Shown piece after piece: positions 16,946-30,510 of a DNA stretch of 64,000 nucleotides. The notes under the pieces were generated by a model. It had not been told where the DNA came from. It saw only the letters and a program-made list of their open reading frames with translations, and ran no database searches. The stretch comes from Myxococcota bacterium (GTDB lineage Bacteria; Myxococcota_A; Polyangia; Polyangiales; Houyiibacteriaceae), in NCBI GenBank assembly GCA_039030515.1, contig JBCCEA010000001.1:189184-253183 (forward strand), in the 5' to 3' direction. Positions within the stretch are counted from its first letter, which is position 1; each line of letters starts with the position of its first letter. Position numbers and translations under genes: made by a program.

Positions 16946-18294
16946 GCGGCCTCCTCGGCGGGGGCGCCCGAGGGCTCCGCCTCTTCGGTGGCGGTGGGCT
17001 CCGGCACGCGGCGGGCCGAGCCTCCGATGGAGAAGCCCGTGAGCTCGCCGTCCTTCACGCGCCGCCAGAGGTCATCGGAGAGCACGCGCACGGCGAGCAG
17101 CCAGGTGCCCTTGGCGATGGTCACGTCACCCACCTGGAAGGCGGTCGGCGCGACGTAGCTCTCGAGCACCCTCACGTGGTCGTTGACCCGCAGCTGGTGC
17201 ATCAGGCCGAGGCCGCCGAACTCCTCCATGAAGCGGTGGGCTGCCTGGCGGACCTCCTCGTGGGAGTAGATGTCGCCCTGGGCGTCCACGCGCTCGGGCT
17301 CGAGGACCACGCCGAGCACGTAGCGCTCGTCGTCGGGGTCCACCTCCTTGAGCAGCGTGCAGACCTTCTCGATGGGCGGGTCCGCAGCCGCCTCGGGCGC
17401 GGGCTCCCAGTCCTCGAGCCAGGCGTGGCCGTCCTCGTGCTTCTCGACGAACTTGTAGTTGGCGACGAGCAGCTGGGTGAGCACCGAGGGCCCGCCCACG
17501 CCGCGCATCGCCCCGATGGTCCGCGGAGTGCGGATGCGCTTGATGTGGAACCCGGCGTCCTTGAGCAGCTTCGGCAGCTTGCCCCGGATGCCGTAGGTCA
17601 TCAGCCACTTGCCCTTGAGCGACTTGAGCACCTCGAAGAAGCGCTCCTCGTCGAACTTGGACTCGCCGACGTCCACGTTGTAGCCGGGGTACGGCGGGTC
17701 GAGGAAGAAGGCGGTGTCGGCCCCGTCGTACTTGCGGACGACCGGCTCGTAGTCGCCGGAGTGGACCTTGACCTTCGCCAGGCGCGGCGCGTGCCGCTCC
17801 AGGCGGGCCATGGTCTTGGCCTCGATGCCCTGGACGTTCGGGCTGAACGTCCGGCCGCGCATCTTCCCGTAGGAGAAGTGGGTCAGGTACAGGAAGCGGT
17901 GCAGCTGCTCGAGCTCACCACGAGGGCTGGCGTCGAGCAGGCGCTTGAACGTCGCCTCGTCGCCGGTCCAGGTCATCCCGCGCAGCTTCTCGAGCTTCTT
18001 CGGGTTGAGCTTCTGGATGATGCGGAACGCCTTGCCGATCTCGGGGTCGGCGTCGTTGATCGCCTCGACCTCGGCGGGCTCCTTCTCGAAGAGCACCGCG
18101 GCCGAGCCGGCGAAGGGCTCCACGTACACGCGGTGCTTCGGCAGCAGCTTCACGAGCCGGGGCGCGAGGCGCTTCTTGCCGGCGGGCGAGCCCCAGATGG
18201 TCTTCTCCACCAGCTCACCGTCCGCGCCAGCGGCGCCGAGCCCGTCGAGCACCGCGCGGGCGCGGTCCACGGCGTCCTGCACGTGGTCACCCAT
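16942..18294 (-). CDS. Fusion: D12-class N6-adenine DNA methyltransferase plus XkdF-like prohead serine protease
   Basis: [15 protein letters not shown] and FFLDPPY in the N-terminal part; [16 protein letters not shown] and [10 protein letters not shown] in the C-terminal part; one open frame; GGAGG before ATG 18294. Confidence 0.88.
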   Translation of the reverse strand: MGDHVQDAVDRARAVLDGLGAAGADGELVEKTIWGSPAGKKRLAPRLVKLLPKHRVYVEPFAGSAAVLFEKEPAEVEAINDADPEIGKAFRIIQKLNPKKLEKLRGMTWTGDEATFKRLLDASPRGELEQLHRFLYLTHFSYGKMRGRTFSPNVQGIEAKTMARLERHAPRLAKVKVHSGDYEPVVRKYDGADTAFFLDPPYPGYNVDVGESKFDEERFFEVLKSLKGKWLMTYGIRGKLPKLLKDAGFHIKRIRTPRTIGAMRGVGGPSVLTQLLVANYKFVEKHEDGHAWLEDWEPAPEAAADPPIEKVCTLLKEVDPDDERYVLGVVLEPERVDAQGDIYSHEEVRQAAHRFMEEFGGLGLMHQLRVNDHVRVLESYVAPTAFQVGDVTIAKGTWLLAVRVLSDDLWRRVKDGELTGFSIGGSARRVPEPTATEEAEPSGAPAEEAA

Positions 18295-18598
18295 GGCGTA
18301 GCGCCTCCGGGTCACGCCCCCAGGTCAGCTCGGCGGCGTCACTGGCCGCCATGTCGCGGGGCCACCCCTCGTCGGTGGGGGCTCCCTTCTCGGTCGCCGA
18401 CGGCGGCGCGGGCTCCACCGCCTGCCGCATCGCGGCGGCGAGATCCGAGAGCTCCTTCGCGGCGTCAGCCGGCACCGGCACGTCGCCGGCCCGGTTGAGC
18501 TTGTCGACCACGGCGACGAGCCGGCCGCCCAGCGCCTTGAGGGACGCGGCGACCTGGCGGGCCGTGGGGGTCTTGGCTTTCTCTGTCGAGGCGCTCAT
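18287..18598 (-). CDS. Hypothetical head-module protein
   Basis: First ORF after promoter motif copy 2; GWPRD motif resembles the scaffold C-terminus. Confidence 0.7.
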   Translation of the reverse strand: MSASTEKAKTPTARQVAASLKALGGRLVAVVDKLNRAGDVPVPADAAKELSDLAAAMRQAVEPAPPSATEKGAPTDEGWPRDMAASDAAELTWGRDPEALRHG

Positions 18599-18642
18599 GC
18601 GCGGGCTCCCGTTCGCTCCGAGTCGGCGGAGAGGTCTTCACG

Positions 18643-18674
18643 GGAGTAGAGCCGGGCCCGATTTCGAGTGGGAC
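18643..18674 (-). promoter_or_regulatory. Phage bipartite promoter-like motif, copy 2
   Basis: GTCCCA-N14-CGGCTCTACTCC, 44 nt upstream of ATG 18598. Confidence 0.7.
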
Positions 18675-18687
18675 ACGACGCCGGCGC

Positions 18688-19773
18688 TCACACCTCGGGC
18701 ACGGTCGTCGTGCGGCAGAGCCCGTGGTACGGCGGGAAGCCGACGCCGAGGTCCATCAGCTCGCGGTTGCTCACGGCCCGGCCGTGCTCGCCCTGGTCGT
18801 CGACCGTGCCGACGCCGGAGCGGGTGACCTCGACGAGCGGCGTCCGCAGCCCACCGCGCTCGACGAAGAGCACGGGGTTGCCGGTCTGTGGGTCGAGGGA
18901 CTCCCGGACCCAGGGCTGGGCGTCCTTCACGTCCTCGGGCCGCTCCAGGCGGTCGAGGGCGTCGAAGCGGCGGAGCGCGTCGCCCACCTCGAAGACCTTG
19001 CCGTGCAGGTAGCGGCAGATATCGGTGGTCTGCTCGTCGAGCACCGCCTCGATGAGGTAGCGGGTGATGCCCGCCTCGGCGTAGCTGCTGATCTGGGCGT
19101 AGGTGCGGCCGTTCCCGATGAACGCTCCGGCCACGACGTCCCAGTAGAAGGCGGAGCGCGCGACGAAGGTGTCCTGGGCTGCGGCCTGCAGCGCGGCCGA
19201 GATGTCGTCGCGGCCGAGGCCCGCCTCGAGCCCCTCGGCGACGACGCGGCGCGCGTCTGCGCCGAAGCCATCGATCCGCCGCCCGAGCTCGTCGGTGACG
19301 AAGTTGACCTGCGTCCGCACGACGTGGGCGGTGATCCGGCGGTCGACCGCGTTGAAGTCGGCCCCGATGGCGAGGTTGTGGACGCGGCGGCCGTGGCTGC
19401 GGGTGGCCGAGACGACCTCGTCCGCCGCGGGCCCGAGGGTGGTCTGGATGCGCGCCGGGATGAGGGCGGTCGCGCGGCCGGCGGCGTTCATCGCCTCCGA
19501 GACGAGCCGCCGCCTCTGGGCCGGCGTTGTCCGATGCCAGTCCACGTCGAGCACGTCCACCGCGGCGCGGACCGCGTCCCGCTCCGAGCGTCCCGCCTGC
19601 TGGCGAAGCTCGGCCGCGAGCGACGCGACGGCTCGGTCGAAGCCGCGGGCCGTGCCGAGATCCATCGCCTTGGCCACCGGCTCCCCGAGCAGCTCCGCCG
19701 CGAGCGAGCTGGCGACGCGGTGTGCCTCGGCGACGACGGCGAGGGCGTCAGCGGTACCGCACGTTCCGCACAT
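18688..19773 (-). CDS. Head morphogenesis protein (SPP1 gp7/MuF family)
   Basis: AVLDEQTTDICRYLHG and PPYHGLCRTT motifs. Confidence 0.9.
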   Translation of the reverse strand: MCGTCGTADALAVVAEAHRVASSLAAELLGEPVAKAMDLGTARGFDRAVASLAAELRQQAGRSERDAVRAAVDVLDVDWHRTTPAQRRRLVSEAMNAAGRATALIPARIQTTLGPAADEVVSATRSHGRRVHNLAIGADFNAVDRRITAHVVRTQVNFVTDELGRRIDGFGADARRVVAEGLEAGLGRDDISAALQAAAQDTFVARSAFYWDVVAGAFIGNGRTYAQISSYAEAGITRYLIEAVLDEQTTDICRYLHGKVFEVGDALRRFDALDRLERPEDVKDAQPWVRESLDPQTGNPVLFVERGGLRTPLVEVTRSGVGTVDDQGEHGRAVSNRELMDLGVGFPPYHGLCRTTTVPEV

Positions 19774-20053
19774 CGGGGCCCTCCTCGAGCTCGGCGACCG
19801 AGTCGGTCACGTGGAGCGTCACGTTGCAGAACACGCAGCGCACCGGCGCTGAGAAGCTGACCCGCTCGCCGTCCTCGCTCTCGGTGATGAGCTGGCCCTG
19901 GTGCTGGTGGAACACGGCGTTGACGAAGCCGCAGCGGGGGCAGCACAGGTGGTAGGCGATGAGCAGCTGCCGGCGGTCCTGAGACACGCGGCGCAGCTCA
20001 CCGCGATCAAGCCGGCATGGCCACTTGGCGACGACGCGGAGTGGGTGGCTCAT
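19748..20053 (-). CDS. Small Zn-finger protein
   Basis: Start ATG 20053; CPRC...CVFC. Confidence 0.65.
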   Translation of the reverse strand: MSHPLRVVAKWPCRLDRGELRRVSQDRRQLLIAYHLCCPRCGFVNAVFHQHQGQLITESEDGERVSFSAPVRCVFCNVTLHVTDSVAELEEGPDVRNVRYR

Positions 20054-20296
20054 CCGTGCCCTCCGACGATGAGCGGTGTCCTCGACCGCGCCCGGACCTC
20101 GATCCCATCGGGCGTCGGCCGCATCAGCAAGTCGTGGGCGCCAGCGCACCGATCGCAGAGCGCGAACACCAGCTGCCCGTTGCGCCACAGGGTGGTCGTC
20201 TCGTCGAGGCCCGCCTCCTGCCTGCACGTCCGACAGGCGATGACGCCGCGCTCGGCGTCGAGCTGGGCCTGCTTCGCCCAGGCCCGGGAGAGAGCG

Positions 20297-20307
<11 letters not shown>
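20050..20307 (-). CDS. Small Zn-finger protein
   Basis: CRTC...CDRC; overlaps both neighbours. Confidence 0.65.
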
Positions 20308-22101
<1,794 letters not shown>

Positions 22102-22105
<4 letters not shown>

Positions 22106-22317
22106 CCCTCGTCCTCGACGTAGGCCACGAGCCCCGTGGGCGTGAACGAGATGGCGCGCTCGCGGTGGAAGCCCGCCTCAGCCAGCGCCTGCTTCGCCGC
22201 AGGCAGGAGCCCGTCGAGGGTCCGCGCCTCGACGCTCAGCGTCGGTCCCGGGCGGGTGGGCCCCGCCGGGTGCTTGGGCGAGACGACGAAGACCTTGAGG
22301 TCGTGGCAATGCGGCAT
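22102..22317 (-). CDS. Hypothetical protein
   Basis: GGAG RBS; overlaps the portal start. Confidence 0.6.
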
Positions 22318-22358
22318 GCGGCGGCTCCGGTGGAGGGGCCAGGTCGGCCTCGTTCACC

Positions 22359-22391
22359 GGAGTAGAGCCGGGACAGGAGCAAGTCTGGGAC
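22359..22391 (-). promoter_or_regulatory. Phage bipartite promoter-like motif, copy 3
   Basis: GTCCCA-N15-CGGCTCTACTCC, 41 nt upstream of ATG 22317. Confidence 0.7.
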
Positions 22392-22470
22392 AGCACCGCT
22401 TGTCTCCGACAAGTCCTTCGGCGATCTTGATGTGCAAAATCACGGTGGTGCGTTCAACGAGAGTCACGAG

Positions 22471-23727
22471 ATGAAGCTGCCCTTCGAAACCTGGCTGGAA
22501 AGCTCCGAGGTTCCCTCTGAGGCCGACGTCGCCTACCGCGAGTCGGTGATCAGCTACAAGGCGGGGGCGTACCGAGCGGGACTGCTCTTCGCCTATGTTG
22601 GTACCGGGCTCTGGCTCCGACGACGGCTCATCGCGGCCACATGCCCGGCAGGAATTCCAGCCGGCCAATGGGCAGCGATTCAGCGCGATCTGCAAGATGA
22701 CAACAAGTGGGATGCGACGGTGTTCGACTGCACTCAGATGCGCGCACCGAAGGACATCTTCAGCGTGGACGACCACGTGCGCGACGAGTTCAAGTACTGG
22801 AAGAATCGCAGGAACGACTGCGCGCACTTCAAGAGCAACATCATCGCCGCTTCCCACGTCGAGTCATTCTGGCTATTCTTGCAGTCCAGCATTGGGCGTT
22901 GGGTGCCGAACGGAAGCGCCCAGGACCTGATCGAGCGACTCGCTCGCCACTTTGATCCGAACCTCACGCCCCCCGGCACCGATGTCGGACCACTCGTGGC
23001 GTTGGTGCCGCACGCGGTTCCGCACGCCGAACTACCGGGCTTCTTCGATTCGCTGGAGACGCGGTTCACCAGAACCCTCGGTACGTTCGCGATGGTCAAC
23101 CGGGATGCACTCATCCACATACACGAGGCGATCTTGCGCGGGGCCAACGCCGTCGTGGCCCCGGCATCGATTACGTGGCTCCTGGGACACCCGGACATCC
23201 TGGTAGGGGTTCTGAGAAAAAGCGCCAGCCACGTGCTCTGTCTGTCGGGTCGTGCGACCGAGGTCCGCAAGCTCTGGCGGACGCAGCTCTTCGATGGCGG
23301 CCACCAGGACCTCGGGGTCGTTGCCGCGCTGCTCAGGAACAACTTGATTCCCTCCGCAGAGATAGCTGAGGCCATCGAGACGACGGTTGGGAAGCTCAAC
23401 GGCGACATTCCGTCTGCGATCGACGAGCCGGTCCTGGCTGCACACGGCTTTTGGAGCCGCTTCCACGATCACGCCGTCCTGAACCGCCAAATGGACAAGT
23501 TCGAATGGGGGAACCGCAACGCGGGACTCATTGCATGGCGGGTCCAGAATGCCCCAATCGACCGCGAGACCGCAGAGGCTATCTGCGGGGTGTTCTCCTG
23601 TGAGCCATACCCTTTCACCGTGCGAGATGCTCTGAAGGAGATGCTCGCGGGGAGCCCTGCAAAGATGTCTGAGCTGCAAGCTGCAGCGACCCAGGCCGGA
23701 ACGAGCGTTCCCTCCGTGTTGACGTAG
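22471..23727 (+). CDS. Moron encoding a HEPN-like (Rx4H) protein, putative anti-phage function
   Basis: Counter-oriented, lower GC; SYKAGAYRAGLL and WKNRRNDCAH. Confidence 0.65.
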   Translation: MKLPFETWLESSEVPSEADVAYRESVISYKAGAYRAGLLFAYVGTGLWLRRRLIAATCPAGIPAGQWAAIQRDLQDDNKWDATVFDCTQMRAPKDIFSVDDHVRDEFKYWKNRRNDCAHFKSNIIAASHVESFWLFLQSSIGRWVPNGSAQDLIERLARHFDPNLTPPGTDVGPLVALVPHAVPHAELPGFFDSLETRFTRTLGTFAMVNRDALIHIHEAILRGANAVVAPASITWLLGHPDILVGVLRKSASHVLCLSGRATEVRKLWRTQLFDGGHQDLGVVAALLRNNLIPSAEIAEAIETTVGKLNGDIPSAIDEPVLAAHGFWSRFHDHAVLNRQMDKFEWGNRNAGLIAWRVQNAPIDRETAEAICGVFSCEPYPFTVRDALKEMLAGSPAKMSELQAAATQAGTSVPSVLT

Positions 23728-23739
23728 GGCGTTCCTGGC

Positions 23740-25170
<1,431 letters not shown>

Positions 25171-25213
25171 CGCGGGCCTCGACCGTGGCGATGGCCGCTT
25201 TGCCTCGGACTCT

Positions 25214-25245
25214 GCTTGATAGGTGCCGCGAAGGAAGCGTGTATG
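25214..25245 (+). promoter_or_regulatory. 32-bp motif upstream of the tyrosine recombinase (shared with 44377..44408)
   Basis: GCTTGATAGGTGCCGCGAAGGAAGCGTGTATG; 27/32 identical to the second copy. Confidence 0.65.
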
Positions 25246-25280
25246 GCCTCGACGGAACGAACCTGAACCCCGGAGACGCC

Positions 25281-25895
25281 ATGACCGCCTACGCCGACCG
25301 CATCGCCCGCGCCCCCCGAACCCTCTCCGAGCGCGAGCAGCGCGCGCTGCTCGCCGTGACCGGACAGCACAAGGACGGGTTCCGCGACCACGTCATCTAC
25401 AGCCTCGCCCTGGGCACCGGCCTGCGCGAGCACGAGCTCCTCGCCCTCGACGTGGGCGACGTGTTCAGCGACGGCCGCGCGCGGCGGCGGGTGCAGCTGC
25501 GGGTGTTCAAGCGCAGCAACGACGACGTCGCCAGCCAGGAGGTGATCCTCCCCGACAACGTCCGCGCCAAGCTCGACAAGCTCTACGCCTGGAAGCGCCG
25601 GGCCGGGCAGCCCCTCGACGACGACGCGCCGCTCTTCATGAGCCGCAAGGGCAACCGCCTCTCGACCCGGCAGGCCCGCCACGCCTTCAAGCGCTGGCAG
25701 GAGCGCGCCGGCTTCGACCGGACCTTCAACTTCCACGCCCTGCGCCACACGGCCTGCACGAACCTCTACCGCGCCTCGCGGGACATCCGGCTCACCCAGC
25801 GATTCGCTCGGCACAAGACGATCACCTCGACGGCGATCTACACGCACCCCACCGACGAGGACCTGATCCGGTCGCTCCAGCAGCTCACCTGCTGA
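25281..25895 (+). CDS. Tyrosine recombinase, catalytic domain only (~204 aa)
   Basis: TGLREHEL (R), HALRH, ARH and IYTH (Y); GGAG before ATG 25281. Confidence 0.9.
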   Translation: MTAYADRIARAPRTLSEREQRALLAVTGQHKDGFRDHVIYSLALGTGLREHELLALDVGDVFSDGRARRRVQLRVFKRSNDDVASQEVILPDNVRAKLDKLYAWKRRAGQPLDDDAPLFMSRKGNRLSTRQARHAFKRWQERAGFDRTFNFHALRHTACTNLYRASRDIRLTQRFARHKTITSTAIYTHPTDEDLIRSLQQLTC

Positions 25896-25916
25896 GGCCC
25901 GGTGGCCACTCGCAGC

Positions 25917-26639
25917 GAGAAAATGAACGCCGCCTCGCCGAGCGCCCCCTCGCGGGGCGTTCACTTGTTCGGAGCTCGGGTGTTCATTTTCTCCACCCGA
26001 CCCCTGTCGAAATCGCGACCAGGCACCCTCTCCGTATTCGCGCCCGCCGCGGAGTTTCGACCCTCCCCCCCGCCCCGCGGGCAGAGGGGCGCCTGATCTC
26101 GAGGCCGAGGCGAGGCCAGCCCCCGTGAACGAGGGAAAGCGGCCATTCGGCTCCGGGTCGAGGGGGCCTCCGAGCGCCCACAAACCCGCGAAACACCATG
26201 GCGGCGGCGAGGCGGATGGCCGCTTTCTACAGGATCCGGCCATTCGGGCCCCCGTCGTCATCGGCCTCGTGGTCGCCGGTCCCGTGTTCTTCTTCGCCCT
26301 GGTGCTGCTGCTCGTCCTCCAAGTGAACGCGCTCGTCGCTGTTCATTTCGCCAGTGGGCGACGAGGAAGCACCAGGCTCAGTCCCGGGCACAGTCCCCTC
26401 ACCAGCGCGTGGAAGAACACGCGCCGCGGCACCACTTGGCCTCGCCAGATCGCCAGAAGCGCCCGTGTCGCGGGGCGTTGCGCCGGTTCGGGCGTGACTC
26501 GCGGGCTCGTCCTCCGAGCCCACAGGAGCTCGCACAGGCGCGTCAGAGGCGGCCACAGACTCGTGACCCCGGACCACCTCCTGGAGTTCGCCGGCCGAGC
26601 TCGAGGTCGGCGCCGGCTCCCCTAAATGAACGTTCAAAT
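25917..26639. repeat. Cluster of AA(A/G)TGAAC motifs in inverted arrangements
   Basis: 15-bp IR at 25917-25931 / 25979-25993 (14/15); further copies at 25959, 26321, 26341, 26624; palindrome TGAACGTTCA at 26627-26636. Confidence 0.7.
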
Positions 26640-27291
26640 CTCCAGCGGCGTCGTCGGAGGGGGCGCGTGGGGGGTGAGCGGGCTCCTCGGTCTCGACGTC
26701 GATCACCTCGCCGTGGTCGGGCAGCTCTCCGCGGACCGCCGCGTCGGCGGCGCGGTTGACCCGCAGCATGCGCTGGTGTCGAGCCTGGATGTCCTCGAGC
26801 GAGAGCGAGGCGTGGATCTCCTGACGGGAGTCGGCCCCGCCCATCACGAACTCCTTGAGCCGCACCATGGTGTTGAAGTCGCCGGGGTTGTCGAAGCGCA
26901 CGCGCCCCTCGGCCAGCGCCTTCTCGAACCCGGCGAGGAAGCCGTCGATGATGCGCAGCTCGTCGTCCTTCGAGAGCGCGACCGCGGTGGCCCGCAGTTC
27001 CACGAGCTTCTGGTCGGCCTGAGCCTGGATGCGCGCCTTGGCCTGCTTCCGGCGGCGCAGGCAGTTGTATTCCTTCGAGTACTTCGCGATGAGCGTCGTC
27101 GAGACCTCGAAGCGCTCGGCCAGGTCGCGGTAGCTCGGGTACACGACGGTCTGCGACTCGCCGTCGTCGCAGGTCACCACCTCGCCGAACACGAGCAGGC
27201 GGTCGACCTCCTCGGCGGGCAGCGCAGGTGGAGCGCCCTTCGGCGGGCGGCCCTTCGGGCGGCTGGTGGGCTGCTTCTTCTTCCCGCTCAT
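26227..27291 (-). CDS. Putative terminase small subunit (N-terminal HTH, long low-complexity tail)
   Basis: KGRPPK and [21 protein letters not shown]; last late-strand gene before terL. Confidence 0.55.
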   Translation of the reverse strand: MSGKKKQPTSRPKGRPPKGAPPALPAEEVDRLLVFGEVVTCDDGESQTVVYPSYRDLAERFEVSTTLIAKYSKEYNCLRRRKQAKARIQAQADQKLVELRATAVALSKDDELRIIDGFLAGFEKALAEGRVRFDNPGDFNTMVRLKEFVMGGADSRQEIHASLSLEDIQARHQRMLRVNRAADAAVRGELPDHGEVIDVETEEPAHPPRAPSDDAAGDLNVHLGEPAPTSSSAGELQEVVRGHESVAASDAPVRAPVGSEDEPASHARTGATPRDTGASGDLARPSGAAARVLPRAGEGTVPGTEPGASSSPTGEMNSDERVHLEDEQQHQGEEEHGTGDHEADDDGGPNGRIL

Positions 27292-27626
27292 TGGCTGCGC
27301 AGCTCCCACCATTCGCCGACCAGATCGAGGAAGTCATCGAGCAGGAGGGTGACGGTGGGCGCCGCGCGGTCGTCGCGGACCACGGCGATGGGGAGGCGTC
27401 CGTCGGGCGACGCCTCGATGGCCTGGCGGAGCGCGGCCCGCATGTTGGGCTTCTTGCCCCGCTTCGCCTCGACCCAGAACACCGGGCACTCGACGTCGGC
27501 CGCCTCCTCGCCGGAGCGGGTCTGGAACCCGCGCTTCACGTCGGCGCCGGGCATGGCGTCGCGGAACCGGTGCACGAGCTCACGCTCCCACGCGGCTCCC
27601 TTTCGTCTGGACCGGGCGCCGCTCAT
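27288..27626 (-). CDS. Holliday junction resolvase-like PD-(D/E)XK nuclease
   Basis: [12 protein letters not shown]...AD...WVEAKR. Confidence 0.8.
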   Translation of the reverse strand: MSGARSRRKGAAWERELVHRFRDAMPGADVKRGFQTRSGEEAADVECPVFWVEAKRGKKPNMRAALRQAIEASPDGRLPIAVVRDDRAAPTVTLLLDDFLDLVGEWWELRSQ

Positions 27627-28675
27627 GGGTCGCCTCCAGGCTGGGCGAAGCGAACGGGGATGCCGCGCGCCTCGGCGTGTTCGATCTCGAGCCGCATGCC
27701 CTCGCTGATCCGCTCGCCGTACACCCGGAGCTCATCACAGGCGTCGAGCAGCTCGAGGCAGAGGGTCAGCGCCTCGTCCCGCTGGGTGGCCTCGTCGAGG
27801 AACGCCGGCAGGTAGAGCTGCGGCGCGATCGGGGCGAAGCCGTCCTCGGTGAGCGTGCGGCACAGGGCGGTGACTCGGGCGACGTTGGCCTCGGGCGCGT
27901 CGCGGTAGGGGTGGCAGACGTAGACGCGACGTCGGCGGATCCGGGGCACTCGCGGCCGGCCCAGGCGGACCAGCTCGGCCGCGCAGTAGTGCAGGCCGTC
28001 GATGACCTCGGCGAAGGCCTCGGCCCGGTAGTCGCGGCCGTCATCGACCTTCCACGGGCCGTACTCGTCGCGGCCACCCTCGATACGGTCGAGGAGCGCC
28101 TCGACGATGGGCTGCTCGTCGGCGACGAGGTTGGCGACCCGCCGGCCTACGAGGGCTCGGTCGCGCAGCTTGCGGGCGACCTCGAGGGAGGCCATCGCGT
28201 CGGCGAGCGCGCGGTGTGGTGTCGGGCGGCTCAGGCCGAGCGCCTTGCACACGGCGTCGAGGGAGAGCGAGTCGGTCTCCGCCGAGGCGAAGAGCGGCCA
28301 GGCGAGGCTGGCGGTGTCGAGGCGGTGGTAGTCGACCTCGGGGATGGGCATGCCGGCGACGAGGAAGCCGCGGGCGAGGAAGGCCCAGTCGAAGCTGACG
28401 TTGTGTCCCGCCACCAGCGCGCCCTCGAGGAGCGGGGCGACGCGGCGCAGGCCCGCCGCGAGGCTGACGGCGTCGCGCCAGGCGTCGTCGCTGTAGCCGT
28501 TGACCTCCTGCGCCTTGGGGTCGGCGTCAGCGAGCCGCTCCGGGCGCACCTTCACGCTGACGTGGTCCAGGGGCTCGAGGGAGTGCCGGTCGACGCGCAT
28601 GGCCGCGAGCTCGATCAGCTCGTGGCGCACGGGGTCGAGCCCGGTCGTCTCGACGTCGACGAAGCAGAGGTCCAT
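27623..28675 (-). CDS. Fusion: DEDDh 3'-5' exonuclease, MazG-like helical domain and DUF4406/nucleoside deoxyribosyltransferase-like domain
   Basis: VDVETTG, GHNVSFD, HRALADA; GRDEYG...[19 protein letters not shown]...[19 protein letters not shown]. Confidence 0.75.
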   Translation of the reverse strand: MDLCFVDVETTGLDPVRHELIELAAMRVDRHSLEPLDHVSVKVRPERLADADPKAQEVNGYSDDAWRDAVSLAAGLRRVAPLLEGALVAGHNVSFDWAFLARGFLVAGMPIPEVDYHRLDTASLAWPLFASAETDSLSLDAVCKALGLSRPTPHRALADAMASLEVARKLRDRALVGRRVANLVADEQPIVEALLDRIEGGRDEYGPWKVDDGRDYRAEAFAEVIDGLHYCAAELVRLGRPRVPRIRRRRVYVCHPYRDAPEANVARVTALCRTLTEDGFAPIAPQLYLPAFLDEATQRDEALTLCLELLDACDELRVYGERISEGMRLEIEHAEARGIPVRFAQPGGDP

Positions 28676-29850
28676 CACGCGACCTCCTTCGCCCAGAAGC
28701 GCTGCGAGAAGCGCTTCTCCGCGATGGCGTCGAGCTCGGCCTTGAGCAGCGTGACCCGGTCCTTGCCGATCGACTTGGCGAGCCTCTTCACGAGGGCGTC
28801 GAGCGACTTCTTGTCGATGGAGCCGATCTGGGTGAGGAGCGCCTCGGGGCTCTCGCCGGTGGCGGAGACCAGCGCCGAGAGCGTGCGTTCGAGCGGGTAC
28901 TCCTTCGAGGCCGCGTTGAACATGCGGTAGCGGACGCCGCCGAGCACCAGCTCGTCCTGGTCCTCGAGGCGGCTCTTGAGCACACCCTCGAGCTCGCGCT
29001 TGCGGGCGTAGAGCACCTTGGCCAGCCGGGCGACCTCCTCTCGCTCCTGGGCAACCAGCTCCAGGTCCTCGAGGTCCTCGCACACGACGGTCCGCTCACC
29101 GCGGAGGGCGGCGGCGTAGGTCGGGCAGTCCTGTCGGTGGTCGCAGTAGACGCAATTGCTGTTCAGGCGCGCGGGGAACTGGCGGGCCTCCTCGGTCATC
29201 CGGCCCATCGTCTCGACGTAGGCGCGGGCGGCGGCGAGCTGCTCCTCGTCGCGCTCGGTGGTCATCCGGATGTCGTGCCGGAGCATGTCGAAGGTGAGCC
29301 GTACCTTCTTCGCCCACGGCCACAGCTGGCGCGCGGCCAGGTGGTAGAGCGACATCTGCAGGCTCGTGTCCACCTCCTCGCGGGTGAAGAGCATGCGGTT
29401 GGTCTTGTAGTCGATGACCTCGACCGTCTCGTCGTCGACGCGATCGACCCGGTCGATGAAGCCGAGCACGGTGAAGGGGCCGACGGAGAGCTCGAAGCGC
29501 TTCTCGATGGCCAGCACGTCCTGGTGGTCGAGGTGACCCTGACGGCGCACGTAGGAGCGCAGGAGGGTGAGCCCCTCCTCGAAGACCTCGATGCCGGAGA
29601 GCTCGCCGGCGGCCCACGCCTCCTGCCACAGCGTCACCGCGCGGTCCTCGGAGAGCGGGCCCTCGCGCTCCTCCTCCATGTGCTCGCGCACGAGGTTCTC
29701 GAGCACCGCGTGTACGGCCTTGCCGAAGCGCAGCGGCACGCCGGGATCGGCCTGCTTCTTGTCGATGTAGTGCAGCTTGAAGCTGAGCGGGCACTGCTCG
29801 AAGCGGGACAGGCGCGAGTAGGACAGGTGCTGGTTCTTGAAGCGCGGCAT
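28675..29850 (-). CDS. RecB-family PD-(D/E)XK exonuclease
   Basis: LSYSRL...CP, GFIDRVD, VIDYKT, QMSLY and [11 protein letters not shown]. Confidence 0.9.
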   Translation of the reverse strand: MPRFKNQHLSYSRLSRFEQCPLSFKLHYIDKKQADPGVPLRFGKAVHAVLENLVREHMEEEREGPLSEDRAVTLWQEAWAAGELSGIEVFEEGLTLLRSYVRRQGHLDHQDVLAIEKRFELSVGPFTVLGFIDRVDRVDDETVEVIDYKTNRMLFTREEVDTSLQMSLYHLAARQLWPWAKKVRLTFDMLRHDIRMTTERDEEQLAAARAYVETMGRMTEEARQFPARLNSNCVYCDHRQDCPTYAAALRGERTVVCEDLEDLELVAQEREEVARLAKVLYARKRELEGVLKSRLEDQDELVLGGVRYRMFNAASKEYPLERTLSALVSATGESPEALLTQIGSIDKKSLDALVKRLAKSIGKDRVTLLKAELDAIAEKRFSQRFWAKEVA

Positions 29851-29885
29851 GGCTCTCCCTCGGCGGAGGTGCGTGTTCTTCCACC

Positions 29886-29918
29886 GGGGTAGAGCCGGCC
29901 CTGGGCTCGCTCTGGGAC
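29886..29918 (-). promoter_or_regulatory. Phage bipartite promoter-like motif, copy 4
   Basis: GTCCCA-N15-CGGCTCTACCCC, 35 nt upstream of ATG 29850. Confidence 0.7.
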
Positions 29919-29922
29919 AGGG

Positions 29923-30510
29923 CTACGAGGCGTCGTCGGCTGCCGGGCGCTCGTAGCTGGTGACGCGTGCGCCCGGGAAGGCCGAGCAGACGGCGGCCAG
30001 TGTCGCCGCGTCGCGCACGCTGATCTCCTTGCGGTCGTCACGTCCCGTGTACTCGGGGACGAGCCAGACCTCGCCGCAGTCTTCGGTGGCCAGGCAGACC
30101 TCGACGCCGAGCGCCTTGAACGAGGCGACGTCCTCGTCAGTGAGGTTGCGGACGACCGGGACCTCCTGCTCGGGAGGGCAGCGCGGCTCGGGTGCGTCGT
30201 CGTACTGGGGCCGAGACGTCGGTGCGCGCTCCACGGGCTGGCCGAAGAGGTCGCGGTCGACCTTCGGCGCGGAGCTCGGCGGCTGCGTCGGAGGCGGCGG
30301 CTCGACCTCGACGGGCGGGAGCGGCTCGGGGACCGCGTGGCCGTTGGCCTTGAGCCACTCGACGCACATGAACTCGTCAGGCAGCGCGCAGGCGCCTCCC
30401 TTGAGGTAGTGCTGGCAGCGCTTCGTGCCGGGCTTGGGCTCGTAGCGCGGGCAGGTGATCTCCGGCGGGGCGATCGGGCCTTGACCCGAGAAGCGATCAG
30501 AGAGGCCCAT
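29923..30510 (-). CDS. Hypothetical protein, Cys-rich N-terminus
   Basis: GAGGAGG RBS, GC-rich codon usage. Confidence 0.7.
   Translation of the reverse strand: MGLSDRFSGQGPIAPPEITCPRYEPKPGTKRCQHYLKGGACALPDEFMCVEWLKANGHAVPEPLPPVEVEPPPPTQPPSSAPKVDRDLFGQPVERAPTSRPQYDDAPEPRCPPEQEVPVVRNLTDEDVASFKALGVEVCLATEDCGEVWLVPEYTGRDDRKEISVRDAATLAAVCSAFPGARVTSYERPAADDAS

Noticed and set aside
28675..29850. Cas4
   Set aside because: RecB-family phage exonuclease in a phage nuclease operon; no cas1/cas2 or array
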